Positions 38,724-46,108 of a stretch of DNA of 46,780 nucleotides are shown here, in pieces. Origin of the DNA: an uncultured Candidatus Peregrinibacteria bacterium. GTDB lineage: Bacteria; Patescibacteriota; Gracilibacteria; Peribacterales; Peribacteraceae. Position numbers and translations under genes: made by a program. The stretch is taken from the NCBI GenBank assembly GCA_903822115.1, contig CAIJNU010000040.1, positions 1 to 46,780 on the forward strand, given 5' to 3'. Below the pieces are notes generated by a model that ran no database searches, had not been told where the DNA came from, and was given only the letters and a program-made list of their open reading frames with translations. Position 1 is the first letter of the stretch. The number at the start of each line of letters is the position of its first letter.

Positions 38724-40172
38724 ATGTCAATACCCTCACAGGTAGCGCCAGGACAGTCGCATAGCGTCACTATTGAGAAAGTGACGTTCGGCGGTGCAGG
38801 CCTTACCCACATCGACGGCCTCCCGGTTTTCGTCACCGATGCCATTCCCGGCCAGGTGGTGGAAATCGTCATTACGAAGAAGAAGGACTCCTTCGCCGAG
38901 GCGAAGGTGCAGAAACTCATCCGCAAGGCGAAGGACGAGGTGCTTCCCCGCTGTCCGCACTTCCACGACTGCGGGGGATGCGTGTGGCAGAACCTCCCCT
39001 ACGACAAGCAGATCGACTACAAGGAGGAGATCGTCCGCGAGACGCTGTCGCACCTCACACCCATCGACGAAGCGGATCGCAAGAATCTCCCCGGTCGTGT
39101 GATGAAGATCATCCCGAGTCCGCAGGTCTTCCACTATCGTAATAAGATGGAGTTCAGCTTCGGCTTTGGCGAGATGCGCACGGAAGAGCAGGGGGGACGG
39201 CGCATTCATTTTGACGAGAAGCCGACGATCGGATTTCACAAGCCCGGCCAGTGGTCGACGGTGTTCCCCATTACCGAATGTCACCTCTATGACGAGCAGG
39301 TCGGCATGCTCCTCTCGCAGGTGCGCACCTTCATGCAGGAGACGCGGCTGCCCGTGTTCAATCCCAAGACGCAGAAAGGAATGCTGCGCACGCTGCTCCT
39401 CCGTCGTGGCATTCACACCGGAGAGCAGATGATCTGTTTTCTCGTGCAGGCGCGCAAGAAGGAGCTCGAGCCCCTCTTCCAGACGTTCATCCGTTTCTTC
39501 GGCGGTCGTTCTCACCTCGCCTCCCTCCTCGTCGTGGAGCACATGGGCGCCAACGATAAGCCGGACTTCCCGAAGGTGCACTGCCTCTACGGGAAGACGA
39601 CCATCACCGAGCGGCTCTTCGATCTTTCCTTCGAGATCTCACCGTTCTCCTTCTTCCAGACGAACACGTTCGGAGCGGAGAAGCTCTACCGCGCGATTGC
39701 GGACGCCGCCGAGCTCACGATGCGCGACACCGTTCTCGACGCGTACTGCGGTATGGGCACGATCGGCCAGTACCTCGCGCGCTTCTGCCAGAAGGTGGTC
39801 GGTGTCGAGAGCCATCCTTCCGCCATCGATGACGCGCTGCGCAGCGCGGGAAAGAATCGCATCGGCAATATCAGCTTCTACAAGGGGAAGGCGGAGCAGG
39901 TGCTGCACCAGCAGTTGAAGGCGGGTGGGAAGTACGCATTTGACGTCATCGTCGTCGATCCTCCGCGGCCCGGCCTCCATCCCGCGGCGCGAGAAGCCAT
40001 CATCGACCACAAGGCGAAGAAGATTGTGTACGTTTCCTGCAACACGGCGACGTTCGCGCGCGACCTCGGGGATTTTCTGAAGGCGGGGTACGAGTTGCGC
40101 ACCGTGCAGCCCGTCGATCTCTTTCCGCACACATCGCACATCGAGACCGTCGCACTTTTGCAGAGGAAGTAA
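38724..40172 (+). CDS. rlmD: 23S rRNA (uracil1939-C5)-methyltransferase
   Basis: TRAM domain, CPHFHDCGGC, FFQTN, DAYCGMG, VDPPR, YVSCN, DLFPHTSHIE. Confidence 0.93.
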   Translation: MSIPSQVAPGQSHSVTIEKVTFGGAGLTHIDGLPVFVTDAIPGQVVEIVITKKKDSFAEAKVQKLIRKAKDEVLPRCPHFHDCGGCVWQNLPYDKQIDYKEEIVRETLSHLTPIDEADRKNLPGRVMKIIPSPQVFHYRNKMEFSFGFGEMRTEEQGGRRIHFDEKPTIGFHKPGQWSTVFPITECHLYDEQVGMLLSQVRTFMQETRLPVFNPKTQKGMLRTLLLRRGIHTGEQMICFLVQARKKELEPLFQTFIRFFGGRSHLASLLVVEHMGANDKPDFPKVHCLYGKTTITERLFDLSFEISPFSFFQTNTFGAEKLYRAIADAAELTMRDTVLDAYCGMGTIGQYLARFCQKVVGVESHPSAIDDALRSAGKNRIGNISFYKGKAEQVLHQQLKAGGKYAFDVIVVDPPRPGLHPAAREAIIDHKAKKIVYVSCNTATFARDLGDFLKAGYELRTVQPVDLFPHTSHIETVALLQRK

Positions 40173-40246
40173 CTTGATGGATGAGTAGGTCTTGGGGTGG
40201 CGAATCTATTTTCGTTTTTCGATCTTCTTGCGAGAAGAGTTTTTTT

Positions 40247-40352
40247 GTGGGGGACCAGGGAACCTTGTTCGGTTCCCTAGGTCCTCCACACCCCCTTTAC
40301 CCTCCTAACGGTAACAATTTGTGGAACTTTCAGAGAGAGTGAGAGGGTATCC
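40247..40352 (+). repeat. Dispersed structured repeat, module A, copy 2
   Basis: Inverted copy of 2-107 (81/82 nt core). Confidence 0.92.
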
Positions 40353-40423
40353 AGTGGGAACCATGGAATTTTGTTTATTTGATGCGCTGCGGCGCAAAAC
40401 AAAACATCACACACTCACAAAGC

Positions 40424-40533
40424 CGGAGCGCGCAACACGGGGTGGAATAGCCGTTGGAGGATTCATTCTACGAAGCATTGTTGCGCGAGCACTTTCTTTC
40501 CGCCTTTCTTTCTTGCCCTGAGAAAGAAAGGCG
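40424..40533 (+). repeat. Dispersed structured repeat, module B, copy 2
   Basis: Aligns with the reverse complement of 19640-19782, with compensatory stem changes. Confidence 0.85.
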
Positions 40534-40611
40534 AATCCCTTGTCCTGAAAAAGAAGGACATGTATTTCTGGACAACAGTGCTATCCTGACAGCCGTCTTT
40601 CCGGTTTTTCT

Positions 40612-41211
40612 TTGGTTATTCGTAAGCGCTCGGGGTCGCACACACTCGTGCTTCTCCTCCTCCTCGTTCTCCTGCCGCTCGGCATTCTCCTCGTTTCCTG
40701 CTCGCCTGCATCGCCTTCGAAGGCGGGGGAGACGTATCGAAACGACGCGGGAAAGTTTGCGATCGATTACACTTCGTCCTTGGCCGTGCGCGAGTATCCG
40801 ACAACGAAGGATGGCGCGGGATTTGGGCCTGTCGGAATGGCGGCGGATCCGGCGAACGAGGTCATGGCGATCTCCTTTCTCGATTATCCCTCGGCAGACA
40901 CTCCTATCGTGCGTTCCTCTTTCGAGGGCAAGGGCACGGTTTTCTCCGAGTATGTGAAGACCATTGCGACGAAGATGATCGAAAGCTTCATCGCGCTTCA
41001 GTCGATCAAGTCCGTCCCCTCGACCGCAGGAGGCACCTGCTACGAGACGACGTGGCAGCAGCGCCAGCTCCCCGGCGTGGAGATCCGTGAATCGCTTCCC
41101 ATCGTCTATTGCTACGCGGATGCTTCGCATGTGATCCAGTTCAGCCTAGAGAAGAAAGAATTCCTCAGTGTGTTCGAAGAGATGGCGCGTAGCATCAGAG
41201 TGGTGAAATAG
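40612..41211 (+). CDS. Hypothetical exported protein or lipoprotein
   Basis: Basic N-terminus, hydrophobic stretch, LVSC; start TTG uncertain. Confidence 0.7.
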   Translation: MVIRKRSGSHTLVLLLLLVLLPLGILLVSCSPASPSKAGETYRNDAGKFAIDYTSSLAVREYPTTKDGAGFGPVGMAADPANEVMAISFLDYPSADTPIVRSSFEGKGTVFSEYVKTIATKMIESFIALQSIKSVPSTAGGTCYETTWQQRQLPGVEIRESLPIVYCYADASHVIQFSLEKKEFLSVFEEMARSIRVVK

Positions 41212-41259
41212 AAGAAATTTACGAGATCGGCGGATGCTGGATGGGAGTAGGATGCGTCC

Positions 41260-41724
41260 ATGCGCCGCGTTACATTGCTCTGCGTCGGTCGTCTCTCTTC
41301 TCCGTGGATCGCCGACGGATGTCGTCAGTACATTCAGCGCCTGAAGCCGCTCGTCTCGCTTGATGTGCACGAGCTCGATGCGAGCCGTGAGAAGGATGCA
41401 ACGCGGCAGAGCAAGGAGGAGTCGCTTCACCTCCTCTCGGCCATGGCGAAGCACAGGGGAGATACGATCCTGCTCGACGAGCGCGGGACAGCGATGACGT
41501 CGCAGGAGTTCGCGAAGTTTCTCGAGCAGCTCTTCGATAGGGGAGAGACGGCGGAGTTCGTGATCGGCGGAGCGTATGGCGTGGATGACAGCGTGCGCAA
41601 CGCCGCGAAGAAGACCATTCGCCTCTCGGACATGACACTCCCCCATGAGCTCTGTCGCGTCGTCTTCTTCGAGCAGCTCTATCGGGCGCTGCAGATCATG
41701 AAGGGGAGTGGGTATCATCACTAA
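41260..41724 (+). CDS. rlmH: 23S rRNA (pseudouridine1915-N3)-methyltransferase
   Basis: LDERG...SQEFA, FVIGGAYG, LSDMTLPHELCR...EQLYRA...YHH. Confidence 0.96.
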   Translation: MRRVTLLCVGRLSSPWIADGCRQYIQRLKPLVSLDVHELDASREKDATRQSKEESLHLLSAMAKHRGDTILLDERGTAMTSQEFAKFLEQLFDRGETAEFVIGGAYGVDDSVRNAAKKTIRLSDMTLPHELCRVVFFEQLYRALQIMKGSGYHH

Positions 41725-41767
41725 AAGCGGGAGACGTTGCTCTTCATTTGATTCTCTTTATACTTGT

Positions 41768-41885
41768 AGCCCCATCGTCCTTCGACTGAGTTCGAGATGG
41801 TGGCTTGTTCTTTTCCCCTGTTCATTCGTACTTCTGTTGCTAAGCCCCATCGCCCTTCGACAAGCTCAGGACGATGGCTTCGGCT
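41768..41885 (+). repeat. Two hairpin units that start with the tRNA-Glu 5' end and contain a CTTCGAC REP-like core
   Basis: AGCCCCATCGTCCTTCGAC at 41768 and AGCCCCATCGCCCTTCGACAAGCTCAGGACGATGG at 41843; the tRNA starts GGCCCCATCGTC. Confidence 0.7.
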
Positions 41886-41906
41886 TCACTGCTCTTTTCT
41901 TCTTAC

Positions 41907-41981
41907 GGCCCCATCGTCTAGTGGCTAGGACATCAGGTTCTCATCCTGAAAACCGGGGTTCAATTCCCCGTGGGGCTGCCA
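41907..41981 (+). tRNA. tRNA-Glu (anticodon CTC)
   Basis: Acceptor stem GGCCCCA/TGGGGCT, anticodon arm TCAGG-ttCTCat-CCTGA, T arm CGGGG-TTCAATT-CCCCG, encoded CCA. Confidence 0.97.
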
Positions 41982-42104
41982 TTCTCGTGAAGGACAAACC
42001 TACGGTTTTTCCCTCACGGACATATTTTTCCCTCAGCGGTATCGCTCCAGGCAAGCGGAGCTTGCCTTCGCGGAATCTTTCTTAGAATTCTAGTGAGATA
42101 TCTC

Positions 42105-42344
42105 TCACCGCTTCTTCTCCATCTTCGCGTACTCCTTCTTCGTCACGAGCAGGAAGATGATGGGCAGGATGCCGAGCGAGTTGACGATCAGAAGCGCGAT
42201 GAACCAGATGTTCTTGCTCATGCGCGCGGCGCGCCACATGCCCCATCCTTTCATCGCGGCATCGAAGAGTGCCAGGACGATGATAATCCCAAGAAGCGGT
42301 CCGAGCCGCCCCGCGGCCATTGCCTGTGATGAGATGGAGAACAT
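42105..42344 (-). CDS. DUF5652-like small membrane protein
   Basis: KGWGMWRAAR...WFIALLIVNSLGILPII; start set by the TACAAT box. Confidence 0.8.
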   Translation of the reverse strand: MFSISSQAMAAGRLGPLLGIIIVLALFDAAMKGWGMWRAARMSKNIWFIALLIVNSLGILPIIFLLVTKKEYAKMEKKR

Positions 42345-42413
42345 GGAGTGCATTGTAGCATAAACGCGAAAATTCTGGACTCTGCTCACTGTCCCCTATA
42401 GCATTGCTCACCT

Positions 42414-42812
42414 ATGAAAGGCTTCCACGCGAATATCGAACAGGAGACGATCAGCAATGAGAATTTCCGCAAGGTGCTCTATACGGGGCATCATAGTCAG
42501 TTGGTGTTGATGAGTTTGCTTCCCCTTGAGGAAATCGGCATGGAGGTGCATCCGGACAACGATCAGTTCTTCCGGTTTGAGAGGGGCGAGGGAAAGTGCA
42601 TCATCGACGGCAACGAGTACGCGGTGCGCGACGGATCCGCGATCGTCGTGCCGGCGGGTGCGCAGCACAATGTCATCAATACCTCCGCTACCGAGTCGCT
42701 CAAGCTCTACACCATCTACTCTCCGGCGCATCACAAGGATGGCATCGTCCGTGCGACCAAGCACGATGCCGAGACAAATGAGGAGGAATTCGAGGGCGAG
42801 ACGACGGAGTGA
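42414..42812 (+). CDS. Cupin domain protein
   Basis: EIGMEVH..NDQFF, VPAGAQHNVIN, LYTIYSP. Confidence 0.92.
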   Translation: MKGFHANIEQETISNENFRKVLYTGHHSQLVLMSLLPLEEIGMEVHPDNDQFFRFERGEGKCIIDGNEYAVRDGSAIVVPAGAQHNVINTSATESLKLYTIYSPAHHKDGIVRATKHDAETNEEEFEGETTE

Positions 42813-42909
42813 AGTGCGGGTTTTTCCTTTATGGAAGGCGTTAATTCCCTTAACTCGTTCTTAAGGGTTGTCGTGCGAAAGTAATCGCGTACTTTTTCCC
42901 CTCTCTATT

Positions 42910-43566
42910 ATGAAGAAATTTTTCATCGGAGCGATCGCTGGAGCAGTGGCTCTCACCGTGGCGGTTCCTCTCCTCGCGCAGATCACGAGTGCTCAGGAAG
43001 ACGGATCATCGTCATCTACACCGCCCACCCGTCCTGCGCTCACGCAGGCGTGTGTTCTCGCCATGTCCGGACTTGAAGATACGTATTTGACGCATTTCGA
43101 TGTGTTCTCAGCGGCGCAGAAGACCGCACTGCAGGCGCGAAGCACCGCCCTTAAGGCCGCAGCTGCGGTTGCGGATGATGCGCAGCGTCAGGCAGCGGTG
43201 AAGAAGGCGAATGATGATTTCATTGCAGCCTCCAAGGCGGCGTGGCAGACATCGGCTGTGGATATGCAGACGGCAATGACGAGTGTGACAACGGCGTGCG
43301 GCAATGTTCGCGGATGGAAAGGTCTCGATGGATTGGGACTCGGCATCGGCCCGATGATGGGTGATGGCATGATGCGTGGCCCAGAAGGAAGGCCCGAAGG
43401 CGGCTCTGGATCCATGATGGGCGAGCGTGGCATGATGCGCGGTCTTCATCTTGGGCAGGACGATGCCAATCATCAGCCGAATACGGGTTCCGGTCGTTGG
43501 ATGATGAGGCAGAACTTCAGGCTTGAGCGTCATGCTGGATCCAGTAGTTCAGCATCGACGAAATAA
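42910..43566 (+). CDS. Secreted hypothetical protein with Met/Gly-rich tail
   Basis: Signal peptide MKKFFIGAIAG..., helical core with two Cys, GMMRG repeats. Confidence 0.8.
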   Translation: MKKFFIGAIAGAVALTVAVPLLAQITSAQEDGSSSSTPPTRPALTQACVLAMSGLEDTYLTHFDVFSAAQKTALQARSTALKAAAAVADDAQRQAAVKKANDDFIAASKAAWQTSAVDMQTAMTSVTTACGNVRGWKGLDGLGLGIGPMMGDGMMRGPEGRPEGGSGSMMGERGMMRGLHLGQDDANHQPNTGSGRWMMRQNFRLERHAGSSSSASTK

Positions 43567-43588
43567 ATGCGCAGAAGTGGTGTGATGG

Positions 43589-43618
43589 AAAGAGGCTGCC
43601 CGGGGGCGGCCTTTTTCT
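43589..43618 (+). terminator. Intrinsic terminator, possibly bidirectional
   Basis: aaagAGGCTGCC-cggg-GGCGGCCTttttc between convergent genes. Confidence 0.75.
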
Positions 43619-43636
43619 TGCGTTGGATATTCCTTC

Positions 43637-44890
43637 TCACGTCGTGTAAGTGACAGTTGGATTTTGTTCTTCCACGAAGAAGGTGATTGCCATTGGAGCG
43701 CTTGTCTCTCCTCTCAAGTTCAGAATTTGTGCGAGTTGTATGCGCACGGAGGCTAGTTCCTCTTCCAGTCTTTCCTTTGCGTACTGGAGCTGGCGGTTCT
43801 CGCTGTTGCGTAGGCGGAACTTATACTGCCGAGGGTGCTCATGTTCCAATTGCTTTAGGGCGAGTTCCTTGTTTTTCTTCTGCCTCGCCTCAGCAAGATC
43901 GATCGTACTATTCACAATCGTCTCTCGGAGCGATTGGAATGTTTGATCTGACCCTTGAAGATCGTGCTCATCTCTCTCCACTGCACGGAGAATACCTTCC
44001 CCGAGGAGCGCTCCTCCTCCTGCGATGGATGGATTGAATTGTTCGGGAAGAGTGGCGCGAATTTCGCGCAATTGCTCAGCCCGTTCCTCATCTGGGAGCT
44101 GTGCGAATTCTTTTCGTTGCTGTCTGGAGGGTAAACCGTACGTCACGAGGACGCTCTCATCGTCGTAATTGAGAAAACTTCTCAGTATTTCGCTCGTGGA
44201 AACTTCGCGCTGAAAAGAGGTGATGATGTCATCGATGAATGCGGGGGTGAGCGGAGCTGAGCCGCGCAGGTAGAGCACGAATTCGTCCCCCCCCGTCGCC
44301 ATTGGAATGACGCGGACGCCGGCCTCTTGAATCCGTTTATTCGTGGGGCCATTGGGATCGACGAGAATACGAACGATTTGCTGGAGGAAGTGTGTCGTGT
44401 GTTCGTGCGATGTGCAGTCTTTGAAGGAGCGCAGCCCGTCGACGTCAAACATGATCCAGCCGAATTCCTTCATGCGTTCCGGCGACGGATTCTCGGCCAT
44501 GAGCTTGCGGAGATCGAAACGGAACGTCCATGAGCCGAACGTTGCTGAGTTGATGGGGGCGTCGGTGGTGGAGAGCGTGGATTCGAACCAATGATTCTGG
44601 TACATCTCCTCAGTCACTCTCTGTTTCATATTGGCAATTCTCTGTGCCAGTTCACTATCATCCCATCCCTCTCGATCCTTCATCTCTGCCAATCGTTTTG
44701 CTTCTTGTCTGATGAGCGCACGGAGAGCTTTTTGCGTGGTTTCTCCGATGATCTGACTACTCATTCCTTCCATGATGCGTTCCTCATCACTTTTCTCTCC
44801 TGCGGAATCCGCATGCAGCGCCTTCATGCGCTGGAGCACGCGACTCAATATTCCAGGTTGCCGTTCGGATTCGGGGAGGATATCGGGCAT
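43637..44890 (-). CDS. Divergent GGDEF-domain protein
   Basis: IMFDVDGLRSFKD..SH......L and ATGGDEFVLYL; C-terminal coiled coil; no TM or sensor domain recognised. Confidence 0.82.
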   Translation of the reverse strand: MPDILPESERQPGILSRVLQRMKALHADSAGEKSDEERIMEGMSSQIIGETTQKALRALIRQEAKRLAEMKDREGWDDSELAQRIANMKQRVTEEMYQNHWFESTLSTTDAPINSATFGSWTFRFDLRKLMAENPSPERMKEFGWIMFDVDGLRSFKDCTSHEHTTHFLQQIVRILVDPNGPTNKRIQEAGVRVIPMATGGDEFVLYLRGSAPLTPAFIDDIITSFQREVSTSEILRSFLNYDDESVLVTYGLPSRQQRKEFAQLPDEERAEQLREIRATLPEQFNPSIAGGGALLGEGILRAVERDEHDLQGSDQTFQSLRETIVNSTIDLAEARQKKNKELALKQLEHEHPRQYKFRLRNSENRQLQYAKERLEEELASVRIQLAQILNLRGETSAPMAITFFVEEQNPTVTYTT

Positions 44891-44986
44891 GGAGATGTGG
44901 CAGTGAGAGGGGAGCGGGATATGTGGCGATCTTCTATAGTGCAATATCCATTAAGAAATGATTAACGCAAGTGAGGGAGATTTGCA

Positions 44987-45011
44987 ATGCCCCTCGACAA
45001 TTGAGGGGCAT
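44987..45011. terminator. Hairpin downstream of the Ig-like gene (possible terminator)
   Basis: ATGCCCCTC-gacaatt-GAGGGGCAT; no clear U-tract. Confidence 0.45.
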
Positions 45012-45043
45012 GGGAATTCGCAGCGATGATGCGCCGGTCGAGC

Positions 45044-46021
45044 TTACCTCCACCAAGGAGGGCGCGGAGTCTGGGGGCGGGGGCGGTAGGAGGAGTAGTT
45101 CGACTGCTGAAAGTACGTCGGTCTCCAGGGCGCGCGATAAGTGGGCTGAGAGGAATAGTATGGGTAGGGATAGGGAGGAAGCTGGAACACGGGCATGGGT
45201 CTCGAGTAGTTGTAGCCGTTGTTGTAATAATAGTTATTGTAATTGTTGTAGTAGACACGCGCGTTGATCGTTTCCGCGATCGTCGGGGAGTAGCTGGTGG
45301 CATTGCGTCCGTCGCCGTTGTAACGCGCGACGATGCTGTGCGTTCCCACGGCGAGCTGCGATGTGCTGAAGGGGGCCACGCCGTTCCCAACGAGAATGAC
45401 GGTGCCGATGTTCGCGCCATTGTCGAGGAATGTCACCGTTCCAGTCGGGTTCACTCCGCCTGAGACGCGCGCCGTGAACGTCACGACGTCACCGTTCCAC
45501 GCGGGGTTGGTGCTCGAGGTGATGGAGACGCTCGTCTGGGTGTTGTAGTAGGGATAATTGTACGAACCGTTATTGTAGTAATTCCCGTTGTAGTAGTTTC
45601 TATTGTAGTAGTTTCCGCTCGAGTAATTCCCATAGTAGTAGTTGGAATTTCCTGCGGTCACGCTCTGTGTCAGATACCCGGAGCGCAGGGACGCGTTCAG
45701 GTAGTCGCCGCTGTAGGTCGCAGAGATGGAGTGCGTGCCGACGCTGAGTTGAGAGATGCTGAATGTGGCGACGCCATTGGATTGGACCGGGACGGTTGCG
45801 AGAACGGAGGAGCCGTCGTAGAACGTCACCGTTCCATTGGGATAATTCGTGTTGATGAAGGCCGTGAATGTCAGCACGTCCCCGTAGGCGGCGGGATTTT
45901 CGTTCGACGTCACGGAGAGGATTGTGCTCTGGGCGCTGGCTTGCTGAAGGGGCAGGGCTACGAAGAGTGCCGCTGCGGCGAGCGGGGCCGCGAATGTAGT
46001 GAGGAGACGTCGGTAACTCAT
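45044..46021 (-). CDS. Secreted protein with two bacterial Ig-like (Big_3-type) domains and Tyr/Asn-rich linkers
   Basis: Signal peptide; two repeats S..NPA..GD..TFTA...GTVTF.D...GVA.F..SQL.VGTHSI.A.Y.GD. Confidence 0.88.
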   Translation of the reverse strand: MSYRRLLTTFAAPLAAAALFVALPLQQASAQSTILSVTSNENPAAYGDVLTFTAFINTNYPNGTVTFYDGSSVLATVPVQSNGVATFSISQLSVGTHSISATYSGDYLNASLRSGYLTQSVTAGNSNYYYGNYSSGNYYNRNYYNGNYYNNGSYNYPYYNTQTSVSITSSTNPAWNGDVVTFTARVSGGVNPTGTVTFLDNGANIGTVILVGNGVAPFSTSQLAVGTHSIVARYNGDGRNATSYSPTIAETINARVYYNNYNNYYYNNGYNYSRPMPVFQLPPYPYPYYSSQPTYRAPWRPTYFQQSNYSSYRPRPQTPRPPWWR

Positions 46022-46108
46022 GAGAACGGGGGAAGAGAGGATGAAAAGACTAGACTTGATCGCAGTACTTATAAACATTATTGATGTATTTGTCAAGTAT
46101 TTTCCACT

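Noticed and set aside
26..40328. Inverted repeats as ends of a 40-kb transposon or prophage
   Set aside because: The interval is full of core genes (trmD, gatB, efp, secD) and has no transposase, integrase or phage genes.
40173..40611. RNase P RNA, tmRNA, SRP RNA or group II intron remnant
   Set aside because: No GAGGAAAGTCC-type RNase P motif, no tRNA-like ends with CCA, no SRP loop or domain V recognised by eye. A cmscan is still needed.
41768..41916. CRISPR mini-array
   Set aside because: The shared unit is only about 9-12 nt, equals the tRNA 5' end, spacing is irregular and no cas genes are present.
42049..42067. Hairpin AGGCAAGC-gga-GCTTGCCT after the tRNA
   Set aside because: A single short stem between convergent transcripts; a plausible terminator or REP remnant but too little evidence to call.
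41982..46021. Integrative island at tRNA-Glu
   Set aside because: The genes look accessory, but no integrase and no duplicated tRNA 3' end were found in the window.
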